A DNA stretch of 64,000 nt from Candidatus Thalassarchaeum betae (GCA_003193925.1 PSPG01000005.1:17840-81839); one strand, 5' to 3'. Positions 52,618-63,918 are shown, counted from the stretch's first letter. The notes: generated by a model from the sequence alone, not told the origin. Numbers and translations are program-made.

Positions 52618-55600
52618 TCGGCCTCCTTCTGCTCGGCCTCGGGCTCGGGCTCAGGATCATCCGGAGCCTGTTCGACGGCATCACGCTCGACGATGTCCTC
52701 AGTCCAATCCTCGGTTCGCTCACGAAGCGATTCAATGGTGCCGCCCTCTGCCTCGATCTCCTCATGCGCATCGCCCTCGGTGACTTCCACTCCGGCCCGC
52801 TCGGCCAAGCCACCGAGACTCTTGGGGGCGCCTAGTGGCTCGGGAGCCCGGGGCATGTCCTCTGGGTCGGGTAGCTCGGGCATCTCTGCTCGCTCTGCCT
52901 CGGCCTCGGCCTGAGCCTTTCGCTCCGCCTCGAACTCCTCGCTCATCTCAAGGGCTGCTGCCCTGTCGAAGTCGGTGATCAGGCGGCTGCGTCCGTCACC
53001 GGCGTGGGTGATCCCAATGTGGTGGTCGGCGAGGATCAGGCTGACCTTTCGCAGAGTGACCATCATGAATTGGGCTCGCTGGCTGCGCATCCTGCACAGG
53101 GTCGCGATGCGCTCCGCGTTGAACGGGTCGAGGTTCTGGTCGACCTCGTCTAGGTAGTAGAACGGGCCCGGCTCGTAGTCCTGGATCGCGAAGATGAGAG
53201 CGAGGGCGGCCATCGACTTCTCGCCGCCCGAGAGCTGGCTCCTCCGGGTGTTCTTGCTTTTACCAGGAGGTACGCAGTCCATCTCCAAGCCGCCATCGAA
53301 GGGGTTCTTCGGGTTCTCCATACGGAGTTTGCCACTGCCGTACGGCTGCAGTATCCCATAGACTCTCGAGAAGTTTTTGTTGACATGATCGAACACCGCC
53401 ATCAGACGGGTCTTGCGCTCGTCCTCCAGCTGCTCCGCTATGGATACCAGCTGGTCGCGTCGGTCGCGCAGCAGCTTGCCGTCCTCTACGAGGCCGGCGA
53501 TTCGCTCTACGGCGGTGTCGTACTGCTCGATGGCGAGCATGTTGACATCGCCGAGATGACCGAGGCGGCGCTCGAGCCCCTGCACGCTCTTCTCCGCCTC
53601 GGCCACAGTCGGCAGTTGCACATCCGGCGATGGGATGCCGATCTCAGAGGCCTCTAACTCGGCCACGATCTCATCCACCGCTTCGTGCTTCTGCTGGATT
53701 TGTAGGTTCAGATCCTCTATGCGGGCTGTCAGGGTCTCTCTCTTCTGGGATAGTGTATCCACCGAGGCGCGCAGGCTGGCGCGCTCGTCGACGATCTCGT
53801 CTCGTCGCTCCTTGAGCGCGTTCTGCTCCTCGTTGAACTGGGATACCTGCTCCCCGAGGTCAACCAGTTTTTCCTCGGCTTCGGTGATGGCCTCATCGAG
53901 CTTGGTGATGGCTGCCTCAGCCTCGGCGGCGAGTTCCTTCTTCTTGTCGATCTGGCGCCGGAGGTCCTCCACTCGGTCAGCGAGTATCCTCAGACGCTCG
54001 TTGCCGTTGGATATCGCTGACTCGGAGGCGAGTCTCTCTCGCCCGGCCTCGGTCATGGTGCGCTCGGCATCACGCAGCTTCTGCGACAGGTGGTCGGGCG
54101 CGTGCTCCTGTAGGGTCTGTGCGGCCGCGGCCCGCTCGGACACGGCCTGCTCGTGGGCCTCTCTGGCCTCCTCTGCCTCTGTCCTCGAATCTGTGTGGGC
54201 GGACTCGCACCTCCGGAATTCCTTCATCGCCTCGACGACCTTCTTGCGAACGTCTGCGACGGTTTTCTGCGCCCGCTCGAGGTCTGCCTTCCAATTGCGC
54301 AGGCGCAGGGAGTGGTCGCTGTCGTCGAGGCCGTGAATCCTATCTCTAAGGGTCTGCTGGTTGGTCCGCAGCTCCCTCAGCGCGGCCTCGACGGTGGAGT
54401 AGATCAGGTTGGCTTCTTCGACGGCGGCCTCGAGCCTGTCCAGGCTGGAGGAGACCGAGCCACCGCCGAAGGCATTGCGGTTGGTCCTGGATGCCGAGCC
54501 ACCGGTCATGGCGCCCGAGCTCTCGATGACCGAGCCGTCGAGGGTGACCAGTCGGACACCGCCCATGTTGCGACGGGCGATGCCCATCGACTGGACGAGG
54601 AGGGTGTTGCGCCCTGCGTACCTGACCGCAGTCTCGACCTCTGAGTCGTAGTCGAGAAGGTCGTGGGCGAAGCCGATGACGCCGGGATTGTCGGCGACTA
54701 TCAGCGAGCGCCCCTGGGGTCGGCTGACTCTGAGTTTGTTGAGGGGCAGGAAGGTTGCCCTGCCGCCGCCGTTCTTCCTCAGCCAGCCTATGCACTTGGC
54801 GGCGACGTCATCATCGGTTACGACGATGCTCCTCAAGCCGGCTCCGAGTGCGTTGGACAGAGCCCCCTCGTGAGCCGGGTCCCTTGGCGCTGTGAGTTCT
54901 CCGAGGGAACCCAGTATGCCATTTATCTCCCCGCTCTGGCGAAGTCTGGTGAGTGCTGCTAGAGTGACTGCCGAGCCTGGAGTGTTGGCCCGCTCCTCAT
55001 GGCGGGCACGGGCCTTGTTCAGCTCCCTCTCTGCGTCTCGGACCTTGATCTCGGAGCGGTCACGGTCCTCGACCAGCGTCGCCTCCTGTCTCTGCAGTCT
55101 GCGCAACTCCTCGGCCAGGGAAGCCCGATCCGCCTCGGGCTCGTCGCTCTGCAGGTCCTCCCCTACAAGTTCGAGGTCGTCACGGACCATCGTGGCCTCC
55201 TCGAACTCCGCCTCGAAGTCGGCCAGTTTGGCCGAGGAGATCTGCGCCGTCTGCTCTGCCCGGTCAGCCTCGAGTCGAGCCTGAGCATGGCTAGCGTGGG
55301 CTGCGTCGACTGCCTCGGTGGCCTTACCGAGGACGCGCGTCAGATCGCGACCGTGCTTGTCACCGGACTCGATGGCCTCGCGGGCGGCCGCCTCGTCCTC
55401 GGCGGCCTGTTTATGTGACTGGATGGCCGCCTCGAGCGCGCCACTGGCATCTTTGAGGGAGCCTTCGGCGTCTGTGCGTGCCGACTCGGCTCGCTCGAGC
55501 TCGTCCCCGAACTCCTCGGCTTCGCCTCCGGCATCCTCGATGATCCTGCGCTGGTCGCCTTTCCTGTCGCCGCCGGTCTCGATCTCGATCTCGTACTGGC

Positions 55601-56522
55601 GAATCTGCTCCAGCAGTTTCCGGGCCTCGCCGCTCATGATCTCGTTGATGTCCGAGTCGACCTTGACGAGCTCCTCGTCGAATGCCAGGAGGCCCTTGTT
55701 GCCGTCGGTGATCCTCTCGCCGATCTCATCTATCTCATCGAGGTAGCGCGAGCGCTCCTCGCCCAGCAGTCGTACCTCGTCGAGGCGGTTTCTGTGCCTC
55801 GACTGGTGGAGAGTAATCCTAGAGGCGTCCAACTCGTCCTTCAGCTGCTTGAATTTCAGAGCATGCTCGCGCTCCTTGGCGAGGTCCCTCAGGCGCTTCT
55901 TCTGCTCGGCCTCGAACAGGTCGATGGTCCCGATGTTATTCTCGACGTGCTTGCGCTGGGTGCTGGCGCGGCGGATCTCGTCGTCGTAAGCGGTGACGCC
56001 CGCGACCTCCTCGAGCACGCCGCGCCGCTTGTACGGGGTCATCGTAGCGAGTTTCGTGACGTCGCCCTGCTGGACGATGTTGTAGCCTTCTGCGCGCAAG
56101 CCTGCTTCGGCCAAGATGCGTCGCATCTCGGTGGCCGTGGACGGATTGTCGTTGATTCTGTACGAGGAGATGGGGTCGCCCTTCCTACCGAGCCTGACAG
56201 AGCGGGTGAAGCTGACCTCGTCGGTGTCGACCATCAGCCTCCTGCGACCGTCGAACTCCGGGGTGTTGGAGAAGACGAGAGTGGCGGACATGTGCTTGGC
56301 TGGCCTGCCACGCTTGCCGCCGTTGAATATCAACTGGGTCACATTGGCGGCCCTGATCGACTTGGTGGACTTGGGTCCGAGCACGAATTGGATGGCATCG
56401 AGGGAGTTCGACTTGCCCGATCCGTTGGGCCCGGTTATGGCCGTGAATCCCTCTTCGAGTGGGATTGTGACTTCGCCTGCGAATGACTTGAAGTTCTCTA
56501 GTTCCATTCGCAATAGACGCAT
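52614..56522 (-). CDS. smc: Chromosome segregation protein SMC
   Basis: ENFKSF, GPNGSGKSN, VQQGDV, hinge GGRATFLPL/VTLDG..SGAMTGG, LSGGEKS, LDEVD, long coiled coils. Confidence 0.97.
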   Translation of the reverse strand: MRLLRMELENFKSFAGEVTIPLEEGFTAITGPNGSGKSNSLDAIQFVLGPKSTKSIRAANVTQLIFNGGKRGRPAKHMSATLVFSNTPEFDGRRRLMVDTDEVSFTRSVRLGRKGDPISSYRINDNPSTATEMRRILAEAGLRAEGYNIVQQGDVTKLATMTPYKRRGVLEEVAGVTAYDDEIRRASTQRKHVENNIGTIDLFEAEQKKRLRDLAKEREHALKFKQLKDELDASRITLHQSRHRNRLDEVRLLGEERSRYLDEIDEIGERITDGNKGLLAFDEELVKVDSDINEIMSGEARKLLEQIRQYEIEIETGGDRKGDQRRIIEDAGGEAEEFGDELERAESARTDAEGSLKDASGALEAAIQSHKQAAEDEAAAREAIESGDKHGRDLTRVLGKATEAVDAAHASHAQARLEADRAEQTAQISSAKLADFEAEFEEATMVRDDLELVGEDLQSDEPEADRASLAEELRRLQRQEATLVEDRDRSEIKVRDAERELNKARARHEERANTPGSAVTLAALTRLRQSGEINGILGSLGELTAPRDPAHEGALSNALGAGLRSIVVTDDDVAAKCIGWLRKNGGGRATFLPLNKLRVSRPQGRSLIVADNPGVIGFAHDLLDYDSEVETAVRYAGRNTLLVQSMGIARRNMGGVRLVTLDGSVIESSGAMTGGSASRTNRNAFGGGSVSSSLDRLEAAVEEANLIYSTVEAALRELRTNQQTLRDRIHGLDDSDHSLRLRNWKADLERAQKTVADVRKKVVEAMKEFRRCESAHTDSRTEAEEAREAHEQAVSERAAAAQTLQEHAPDHLSQKLRDAERTMTEAGRERLASESAISNGNERLRILADRVEDLRRQIDKKKELAAEAEAAITKLDEAITEAEEKLVDLGEQVSQFNEEQNALKERRDEIVDERASLRASVDTLSQKRETLTARIEDLNLQIQQKHEAVDEIVAELEASEIGIPSPDVQLPTVAEAEKSVQGLERRLGHLGDVNMLAIEQYDTAVERIAGLVEDGKLLRDRRDQLVSIAEQLEDERKTRLMAVFDHVNKNFSRVYGILQPYGSGKLRMENPKNPFDGGLEMDCVPPGKSKNTRRSQLSGGEKSMAALALIFAIQDYEPGPFYYLDEVDQNLDPFNAERIATLCRMRSQRAQFMMVTLRKVSLILADHHIGITHAGDGRSRLITDFDRAAALEMSEEFEAERKAQAEAEAERAEMPELPDPEDMPRAPEPLGAPKSLGGLAERAGVEVTEGDAHEEIEAEGGTIESLRERTEDWTEDIVERDAVEQAPDDPEPEPEAEQKEAE

Positions 56523-56655
56523 CCCATCACCCCTACGTCGTACGAAACATCGCCGACGTCGTTCACGCGCTCCCTTCCTGTTCGCCTATGAATGTTGAGG
56601 CGTCCATAGGCGCAGCACAACGGTTCCGAAAGGGACGAAAAATCGCCGTGTCGCC

Positions 56656-57612
56656 TCAGTCAAGGTGGGGCGAAATCTGGATCCCCCTGACGAGAGCGTG
56701 TAGCATCGCGTTACGAGGCGTCGGGACGCCCACTGACTCGCCCTGCGAGACCACCGCTCCGCACAGTTCGTCAATCTCCGTCTTGCGCCCTGCCATCACA
56801 TCCTGCAGCATCGAACACCGGTTCCCCGCGGTGGCTCCGGCGACCTGTCTGAGATAGTCCTCGATGACCAGGTCGCCGAGGTCCACCCCACTGGCTTCTG
56901 CGACCACAGCCGCCTCCTGCATCGCGGCCAGCGCCTGCTCCCAAAGATCGGGGACCTCCAGCAGCGCGCCGTTGCGCACGCCGGCAATCGAGCAGACCGG
57001 GTTTATCGCGACGTTGACGAGCAACTTGATCCAGACGACGCGTTGCATGTCCTCGCTCCACACCGGTGCGAGGCCTGCGGCTTCTAGGGTGGCGAGCAGT
57101 TCGGTAGCCGCTCCTGAAGGGGCTCCGCCGTCGAGCCAGCCGAGCCTGATGGCGCCGCGGCCGGCCCAGTGGACCGAGCCCTCGCCGTCCCTCCACGCAG
57201 CGTGGGTGATCGAGCCTCCGAGCACCCTCGAGCGGCCCAGCCGATGCGCGAGCGCCTCGGCGTGGCCGAGTCCGTTCTGCACACTGATGGCAACCCCCTC
57301 GGGCGAGAGGACATCCTCTGCGAGTTGGACGAGCACGGGGGTCGAGTCGGCCTTACCGCAGAGTATCGCAGCCGCGCAGGTCCCGTGGATGCTCTCGGGC
57401 ACCGGTCCTGCGGCGCTGTCGAAGGAGGCGAAGTCCTCAGGCGGAACGACCTCGATCGAGCCCTCAGGCGTGTGCATCACGAGGCCTATCTCCGAGAGTT
57501 CGCTGGCGGTGGTTCCGCGGGCCACTGCCACCATCTCGGCGTCGGTGTCGGCCAGGGCTCCCAGCAGGACGCCGCCGATAGAGCCGACGCCGAGAATGGC
57601 GATTCGCATCAT
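56656..57612 (-). CDS. panE: 2-dehydropantoate 2-reductase
   Basis: ILGVGSIG, QNGLGH, WIKLLVNVAINP, SMLQDV...KTEID. Start set at ATG 57612. Confidence 0.93.
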   Translation of the reverse strand: MMRIAILGVGSIGGVLLGALADTDAEMVAVARGTTASELSEIGLVMHTPEGSIEVVPPEDFASFDSAAGPVPESIHGTCAAAILCGKADSTPVLVQLAEDVLSPEGVAISVQNGLGHAEALAHRLGRSRVLGGSITHAAWRDGEGSVHWAGRGAIRLGWLDGGAPSGAATELLATLEAAGLAPVWSEDMQRVVWIKLLVNVAINPVCSIAGVRNGALLEVPDLWEQALAAMQEAAVVAEASGVDLGDLVIEDYLRQVAGATAGNRCSMLQDVMAGRKTEIDELCGAVVSQGESVGVPTPRNAMLHALVRGIQISPHLD

Positions 57613-60020
57613 GCGCCCTCCATCGTGCGTGCCGCGAAGTGCAGGGTGATGCCATCCTCGTCGGCGGTCACCCACGCTGCCCACCAAGCGAAAGGCGAGC
57701 CGTGTACCGAGGCGTTGGCGGTAACCGAAGCCATCGCATCCACTTCAGATGGCGCCCACGCCTCCCAATTGTCCCAAGCGACTGCGTCTCCCGTCCAATC
57801 GAGGGCGATGGGCATCGAGGCGTTCTCCCGGTTCACGATGCTGAACTCCCCGTTCGGCATCCTCGACGCGAGGGTGCCGGGATCAACCATGACATCCGGC
57901 CCCTCGGCCACCCTGAAGGAAGCGAGCATGGCGGTGCCATCGCAGAGCGCCAGCCAGCCCGACTCGTCGAATCTGAGGTTCCCGTTGCCGGTCTCGCCTG
58001 CTGGCATGAGTATCGCGGAGCGGTCTGCGAGGTCCCTGTTCCAGTCGCCGCTGGCGTTGACCTCGGCAATCACATCAGTGGACGGGCAGAAGGCCGAGCC
58101 GGACTCACCACGGGCTATCACGTACTCGGAGTCCGACTCGAACCACTCGGGAATCCGCCACTCACCATCGGAGACCTGTAGCCTCGGCTGGGTCCCCTCG
58201 ACGGCCATGAACAGGATGTCGTTGGACATGTTGGCGCGTGAGAGCGTGATCGTCGGACCTATCCTGCGGAACTGGTCATCCTGCATAGAGAGGGACTGAA
58301 TGGCCCCCTGGTGGCCTCGCATGCATAGATCATGCACCCCGGGGCCCAGAGAGGTCTCGTTCTCGAAGGACCAGAACGGATTGTAGTTGCTCAGGTTGAC
58401 GTAATCACCCTCGACGACCAGAAGCTCGACGCAGATCCTCGGAGTATCGGTGTCCTCGACCATCACCCATAGCGGATCGATCGATGTGGTCCTCCCGAGT
58501 GGCTGTAGCACGATTCCGTGCTCGGTGACGTGGTTCGCGATATCGATCAGGATGACCAGTCTGAACGCTTGCAAGGTGCCGTCCTGGTTTCTTGCCAGAT
58601 TGATGGTGACACTGCCTGGAGAGGCCTGAGTGACCTCGTCGAACCTGCACACGCCCCTGTCGTCCAAGCACTCGGAATCAATCTGCCAGCCCCCCGTGGG
58701 GGGGCCCTCGATGCGCATCTGCAACCAGCCGGAGACCGGCATGATTCCGGCTGGCTCGAGCGCCAGCTCGATCTCGGCCTGTCCGTCTTCGAAATCCATG
58801 AACGCTGGCCACGTATCCGTGGACAGGCCCTCGTCCCAGTCCTCCATCTCGTAGCTGGGCTCGAGGCCTGGGAAACCGAACACCAGTATGACCAGCAGAA
58901 GCGAGCCGATCTGCCTCATCGAGATATCGTCGAGTCCGGCGTACTCGTCGACGACGAAAGGGGACGGCATCTGCTCAGGGCTGAACCTGCGCCAAGCGGC
59001 TATGGCGGCCAATAGGAGCCATGGCCAGTACTCGGTGCTGAGGAAGATCAGGAGAGTGAAAGCGAGGGTGGAGATGAACAGTGAGGTCTGGTTGCTCTCG
59101 TGAGTCATGTTTTCCGGGCCGATGAGAGCGTGCAGTATCCTGTCCCCTGGGAATCCCGGTATAGGCAGCAGCAGGCCCCAACCGACTATGGACAGCCCGA
59201 TGCCGGCGAGGCCAGTCGGGTGGATCCACTGCAGTTTCAGAGCCAGGTCGGGCTCGAGCCAGGCTGTGCTGAGGATCTCGATGAGGAAGTTCGTGCCCAG
59301 GGCTATCGGAGCTGCTTCGTAGGCCGGCGGCTGATTGGCGGTCAGGCTGAGTCCCAACAGAGCCAGTGCGGTGCCACAGACGAACAGGACGGCCGGGACG
59401 ACAAGTTCGATCAAGCCGAGGGAACGGCGGTCCGGCACCGGCTGCAGGTCTGGGCGCAACTGGCCGAGCGCGGCTACGAGGGCGAACGGCCAATCGGGGG
59501 ATAGCAGCGGGAAGGCGAGTGGGATGAGATGCCCGGAGTCAATCTCGAATCGAGCGGCTAAGAACAGCCGGGCGTAACTCGCAAGCAGCACCGAGCCGAT
59601 GACGGGCAGCGTGAAGGTGAGCAGGGTCGATTGGATGACTGACGAATCCAGCGGGGAGCTGCCCGGTCCCAGATGGGTAGTCCAAAGGGCGCCTACCATG
59701 GTCACGAAGCCCGAGACCAGCGCCCAGACCAGCGCCTGCTGCCATGACGGCAATACCATCGGCAGGATGGGGAGGCGCCCGATGCTCAGCACCGGTGGGT
59801 CGCCCTCGTCGAGGACCCCGATCAGGCTCAGTTGCTTCAGATGGCGGTTCAGCGAGCGCAGGCAGGCGCTCGGCCCTCTGCCGTCCCTGCCGTTGACATG
59901 CCACGAGACCTCCAGCAGCCCCTCGTTGCCGAGGACGAAGTACCTCGAGCAGATGACCTCGAGCAGTTCTCGCTGGCCCCATGTCTCTTTGTCGAGCAAG
60001 TACTCTTCTCCCCCGGACAT
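57609..60020 (-). CDS. Site-2-protease (M50)-like membrane protein lacking catalytic motifs, with a large C-terminal acidic beta-rich domain
   Basis: The TM layout and DRRSL...P and HPTGLAG motifs resemble archaeal S2P. The HExxH position reads LASYARL and the NxxPxxxLDG position reads LLPIPGFPGD. Confidence 0.6.
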   Translation of the reverse strand: MSGGEEYLLDKETWGQRELLEVICSRYFVLGNEGLLEVSWHVNGRDGRGPSACLRSLNRHLKQLSLIGVLDEGDPPVLSIGRLPILPMVLPSWQQALVWALVSGFVTMVGALWTTHLGPGSSPLDSSVIQSTLLTFTLPVIGSVLLASYARLFLAARFEIDSGHLIPLAFPLLSPDWPFALVAALGQLRPDLQPVPDRRSLGLIELVVPAVLFVCGTALALLGLSLTANQPPAYEAAPIALGTNFLIEILSTAWLEPDLALKLQWIHPTGLAGIGLSIVGWGLLLPIPGFPGDRILHALIGPENMTHESNQTSLFISTLAFTLLIFLSTEYWPWLLLAAIAAWRRFSPEQMPSPFVVDEYAGLDDISMRQIGSLLLVILVFGFPGLEPSYEMEDWDEGLSTDTWPAFMDFEDGQAEIELALEPAGIMPVSGWLQMRIEGPPTGGWQIDSECLDDRGVCRFDEVTQASPGSVTINLARNQDGTLQAFRLVILIDIANHVTEHGIVLQPLGRTTSIDPLWVMVEDTDTPRICVELLVVEGDYVNLSNYNPFWSFENETSLGPGVHDLCMRGHQGAIQSLSMQDDQFRRIGPTITLSRANMSNDILFMAVEGTQPRLQVSDGEWRIPEWFESDSEYVIARGESGSAFCPSTDVIAEVNASGDWNRDLADRSAILMPAGETGNGNLRFDESGWLALCDGTAMLASFRVAEGPDVMVDPGTLASRMPNGEFSIVNRENASMPIALDWTGDAVAWDNWEAWAPSEVDAMASVTANASVHGSPFAWWAAWVTADEDGITLHFAARTMEGA

Positions 60021-60046
60021 CGTCGCACCGTGGTATGCGGCCGGGG

Positions 60047-60096
60047 GAGGTCCGATTTGACCTCTCGCACGGGCGTGCGGCGAACTGCGTTCGCCG
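60047..60096 (-). terminator. Two short hairpins just downstream of atpD
   Basis: CGGCGAAC-TGC-GTTCGCCG (60078-60096) and GAGGTC-N6-GACCTC (60047-60064). No clear U-tract. Confidence 0.3.
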
Positions 60097-60098
60097 AA

Positions 60099-60716
60099 TC
60101 ACTTGTTCTTGAAGCGCTTCAGACGGAAGGTCTCCTCGCGCTCCATCTCCTCGAGACGGAGCTGGATGAAGTTGCGAGCCTCCTCCATCTGGGGGATGAC
60201 CACGTACTCGAGGGCGTTGACCCTGCGCTTGGTCGCCTCGATCTCGACGAGCAACCGCTTGAGGGTCGCCTCCATCTCCGCGGCCTTGACTATCTTCTCG
60301 ACCAGGGTGGAATACGCGTCCGAGGCCTCGTCGATGTACGCCGAGCCGCCAATCAGGACGGTTTCGCGCTCCTCGATGGTCGTAGTCAGATTGGTCCCAA
60401 CTACGCTCGGCACGACGACGCCCATGATGTTGCGGCGGGTAACCGTGACCTCGGGGTGGCGCGAGATGGCGATGGCAGCGCTCTTGACGGCGAGGCCGCC
60501 CTCGATGGCGCTGGCAAGGCCGATCGACTGGACTGCGTCCCGGTAGGTCCCGACGAGTTGCTCCCTGGCTGCGATCATCTCGGATAGCAGGGTCCTGAAC
60601 TCGTGGAACAGTCCGTCGCGCTTCATCTTCAGCAGGTTGTACCCGTTCTCGGTCTGCTTGATGCGCCGCTTGAGGTTGATCAGTTCGCTGCGGGTCGGCT
60701 TGATGTCGAGTGCCAT
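60099..60716 (-). CDS. atpD: A/V-type ATP synthase subunit D
   Basis: KPTRSELINLK, LLKMKRDGL, RNIMGV, TKRRVNALE. Confidence 0.96.
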   Translation of the reverse strand: MALDIKPTRSELINLKRRIKQTENGYNLLKMKRDGLFHEFRTLLSEMIAAREQLVGTYRDAVQSIGLASAIEGGLAVKSAAIAISRHPEVTVTRRNIMGVVVPSVVGTNLTTTIEERETVLIGGSAYIDEASDAYSTLVEKIVKAAEMEATLKRLLVEIEATKRRVNALEYVVIPQMEEARNFIQLRLEEMEREETFRLKRFKNK

Positions 60717-60748
60717 CTTGTCACCTCATCAGCGAAAACGCGTTATCC

Positions 60749-62131
60749 TCAGGACTTCTTCTCGGTCGGGTGGTACTTGTCGATCCACTTCTGGTCGAGG
60801 CGAACTAGGAACCGGGTGTCGATCTCCTGCAGTAATTCCCAGCACATGTCCAGAGTCTCGGATATGGTGCGGTCCTCATCGCGGCCCTGGCGGAGGAACT
60901 CGTTCTCGAAGACGTCAGCGAACTTCAGCATCTGCAGGTCACGCTCGTTGAGCGCGTCCTCACCGACGATAGCGACGAGTCCCCTCAGCTCACGTCCCTG
61001 CGCATAGGCCGCGTACATCTGGTCGGAGACCGACTTGTGATCCTCCCGGGTGTGCCCTTCCCCGATGCCAGCGTTCATCAGACGGGAGAGTGAGGGGAGC
61101 ACGTTGATCGGAGGGTAGATTCCCTTCTGGTGCAACTCGCGCGAGATGACGATCTGCCCCTCCGTGATGTAGCCTGACAAGTCGGGAATCGGGTGAGTGA
61201 TGTCGTCACCCGGCATCGTCAGAATTGGGAACTGCGTGATGCTGCCGCTCCTGCCCTTCACTAGACCGGCCCGCTCGTAGAGCATGGCGAGATCGGTGTA
61301 CATGTAGCCGGGGTAGCCACGCCGACCAGGCACCTCTTCGCGTGCGGCTCCGACTTGGCGCAGAGCTTCACAGTAGTTCGTCATGTCCGTGTAGATGACG
61401 AGCACGTGGTAGTCGTGCTCGAAAGCCAGATACTCCGCGGCGGTCAGTGCTAGTCTGGGCGTGATCAGCCGCTCGACTGCCGGGTCATCTGCTAGATTGA
61501 CGAAGAGGACCGCCTTATCGAGCGCGCCCGTGCGTTCGAGGTCGGAAACGAAGAAGTTGTACTCCTCGGCGGTGATACCCATAGCGCAGAAGACGACGAC
61601 GAACTCCTCCTCGGAGCCGAGGATGCGTGCCTGGCGGGCGATCTGCAGCGCGATGTCGTTGTGCGGAAGGCCAGAGGCCGAGAAGATGGGCAGTTTCTGT
61701 CCGCGCACCAGTGTGGTGCAGCAGTCGATGGCGCTGATGCCGGTCTGAATGAACTCAGCGGGACTGCGTCTACTGTACGGGTTGATGGCCGCACCTACGA
61801 TGTCAGCATATCTCTCCGGCACGATGTCGGGGCCTCCGTCGCGCGGCTTGCCGTTGCCGGCGAGAATCCGCCCGATGAGGTCCTTGCTCACCGGCAGGCG
61901 GAACACGTCGCCGAGGAATCGCACCCCAGTCTGGCGATCGATGCCGCTCGTGCCCTCGAACACCTGCACGACGACCACGTCATCGCTGGTGTCGAGCACC
62001 TGGCCGTTCTTGGTGCTGCCATCGGTCAGCCTCAGGCTGACGATCTCCCCGAATGCCACGGGCTCGGTCTTGTTGAGGAAGACCAGTGGTCCCTTCACGT
62101 CCGTAATAGTCCTGTACTCCTTGTCCGCCAT
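60749..62131 (-). CDS. atpB: A/V-type ATP synthase subunit B
   Basis: [47 protein letters not shown]. Confidence 0.97.
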   Translation of the reverse strand: MADKEYRTITDVKGPLVFLNKTEPVAFGEIVSLRLTDGSTKNGQVLDTSDDVVVVQVFEGTSGIDRQTGVRFLGDVFRLPVSKDLIGRILAGNGKPRDGGPDIVPERYADIVGAAINPYSRRSPAEFIQTGISAIDCCTTLVRGQKLPIFSASGLPHNDIALQIARQARILGSEEEFVVVFCAMGITAEEYNFFVSDLERTGALDKAVLFVNLADDPAVERLITPRLALTAAEYLAFEHDYHVLVIYTDMTNYCEALRQVGAAREEVPGRRGYPGYMYTDLAMLYERAGLVKGRSGSITQFPILTMPGDDITHPIPDLSGYITEGQIVISRELHQKGIYPPINVLPSLSRLMNAGIGEGHTREDHKSVSDQMYAAYAQGRELRGLVAIVGEDALNERDLQMLKFADVFENEFLRQGRDEDRTISETLDMCWELLQEIDTRFLVRLDQKWIDKYHPTEKKS

Positions 62132-62143
62132 TCATCATCCCCC

Positions 62144-63889
62144 CTATTCCGCGGCCTCCGCGGTGGCTGTAATCTCTGTAACCATGTCATTCACCAGTTT
62201 CTCGATGCGTTCCTCGAAGCCCTCTTCGAACCGCGAGCGCATCAGCAGGCTTCTCGACTCGACATTGACCACGTCCTCGAGTGTGGCGCCAGCGGCCATG
62301 GCCTTCTTGGCTGCCTCCTCGAAGGAGAGGATGGCTCTGATCATCGCATACTGCAGCGGCAGCGCAGTGTATGTGTCGACCGGGTGGAATGCGTTCTGCT
62401 GGAGGAAGAACTCGCGAATCATGCGAGCGACCTCAAGTGTGAGCTGCTGGTCCATCGGCAGCGCGTCCGAGCCGACCAGCTGCACGATCTCCTGCAACTC
62501 CGCCTCGACCTGCAGCAGCGTCGATATCTTAGTGCGCACGTCGGGGAAATCCGAGGCGACGTTGTCTCGGTACCACGGGTCGAGGGCCCGAGGGTAGAGG
62601 CTGTACGAAGTCAGCCAGTTTATCGCGGGGAAATGGCGCTGCCATGCGAGTTGGGCGTCGAGGCTCCAGAACACCTTCACGATGCGAAGCGTTCCCTGGC
62701 TGACGGGCTCCGAGATGTCACCGCCGGGTGGTGAGACCGCCCCAATGACTGAGATGGAGCCGTCATCGCCTCCCAGCGTCTGGACGCGCCCTGCACGCTC
62801 GTAGAACTCGGCGAGCCGGCTCGACAGATAGGCAGGGTAGCCCTCCTCGCCCGGCATCTCCTCGAGGCGGCTGGAGATCTCTCTCATCGCCTCGGCCCAG
62901 CGACTCGTGGAATCAGCCATCAGAGCCACGTCGTAGCCCATGTCGCGGAAGTACTCGGCAATCGTGATGCCGGTGTACACCGAGGCCTCGCGTGCGGCCA
63001 CCGGCATGTTCGACGTGTTGGCTATCATCGAAGTCCGATTCATCAGTGGTTGTCCCGTGTTGGGGTCGATGAGGTGAGGGAACTCGGTCAGAACCTCGGT
63101 CATCTCGTTGCCACGCTCGCCGCAACCGATGTACACGACGACCTGTGCGTCAGCCCACTTCGCCAACGCCTGCTGGATCACCGTCTTGCCGCTACCGAAG
63201 GGGCCGGGGATACCGGCGGTGCCCCCCTTTGCCACGGGGAACAGGAAGTCGAGGATGCGCGTGCCCGTCACGAGCGGGATGTCGGGGGCATACTTCTGCG
63301 TGAAGGGACGTGGGAGGCGCACTGGCCAGTTCTGCATCATCTGCAACTCCGTGCCGTCCTCGAGCGTGCACACGGTCTCGGTGACCGTGAATTCCCCGCC
63401 CTTGATCGACTTCACGACACCCCCCCTGCCAGGCGGGACCATCACGCGATGCTCGATGGTCTCGTTCTCCTGCACGGTGCCGATCGTCTGACCTTCGGAG
63501 ACCTCGTCCGACATCTCGACCGTTGGGACGAACTCCCATTTCTTCTTCAGGTCCAACCCATCTGCGTCTACACCACGTGAGATGAAGACCCCCATCCTCT
63601 CCTCAAGGATTTTCAGAGGGCGCTGGATGCCGTCATATATCTGAGTCAGGAGTCCCGGTCCCAGTTGCACGGAGAGTGATTGGCCGGTTCTCACAACTGG
63701 CTCACCGGGCCGTATGCCGCTGGTGTCCTCATACACCTGAATGACCGACTGATCCCCGTGCAATTCGATTACTTCTCCCATTAGTCCCTCGTCTCCGATT
63801 CGTACCACTTCGTACATTCTCGGGTTGATACCCACTGCGGTAACAACTGGTCCGGAGATTCTGTAAATCGCGCCACTTTCTTCACTCAT
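62144..63889 (-). CDS. atpA: A/V-type ATP synthase subunit A
   Basis: [30 protein letters not shown]. No intein-sized insertion. Confidence 0.97.
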   Translation of the reverse strand: MSEESGAIYRISGPVVTAVGINPRMYEVVRIGDEGLMGEVIELHGDQSVIQVYEDTSGIRPGEPVVRTGQSLSVQLGPGLLTQIYDGIQRPLKILEERMGVFISRGVDADGLDLKKKWEFVPTVEMSDEVSEGQTIGTVQENETIEHRVMVPPGRGGVVKSIKGGEFTVTETVCTLEDGTELQMMQNWPVRLPRPFTQKYAPDIPLVTGTRILDFLFPVAKGGTAGIPGPFGSGKTVIQQALAKWADAQVVVYIGCGERGNEMTEVLTEFPHLIDPNTGQPLMNRTSMIANTSNMPVAAREASVYTGITIAEYFRDMGYDVALMADSTSRWAEAMREISSRLEEMPGEEGYPAYLSSRLAEFYERAGRVQTLGGDDGSISVIGAVSPPGGDISEPVSQGTLRIVKVFWSLDAQLAWQRHFPAINWLTSYSLYPRALDPWYRDNVASDFPDVRTKISTLLQVEAELQEIVQLVGSDALPMDQQLTLEVARMIREFFLQQNAFHPVDTYTALPLQYAMIRAILSFEEAAKKAMAAGATLEDVVNVESRSLLMRSRFEEGFEERIEKLVNDMVTEITATAEAAE

Positions 63890-63918
63890 TTCTTCACTTC
63901 CTCTCCTCTATTGATGAA

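Noticed and set aside
56583-56612. CGCCTATG-N14-CATAGGCG inverted repeat upstream of smc
   Set aside because: A single 8-bp stem with a long loop and no second copy is insufficient evidence for a regulatory call.
63600-63900. Lower GC at the 5' end of atpA
   Set aside because: This is consistent with the usual 5' codon bias in highly expressed genes. No junction or repeat suggests recombination.
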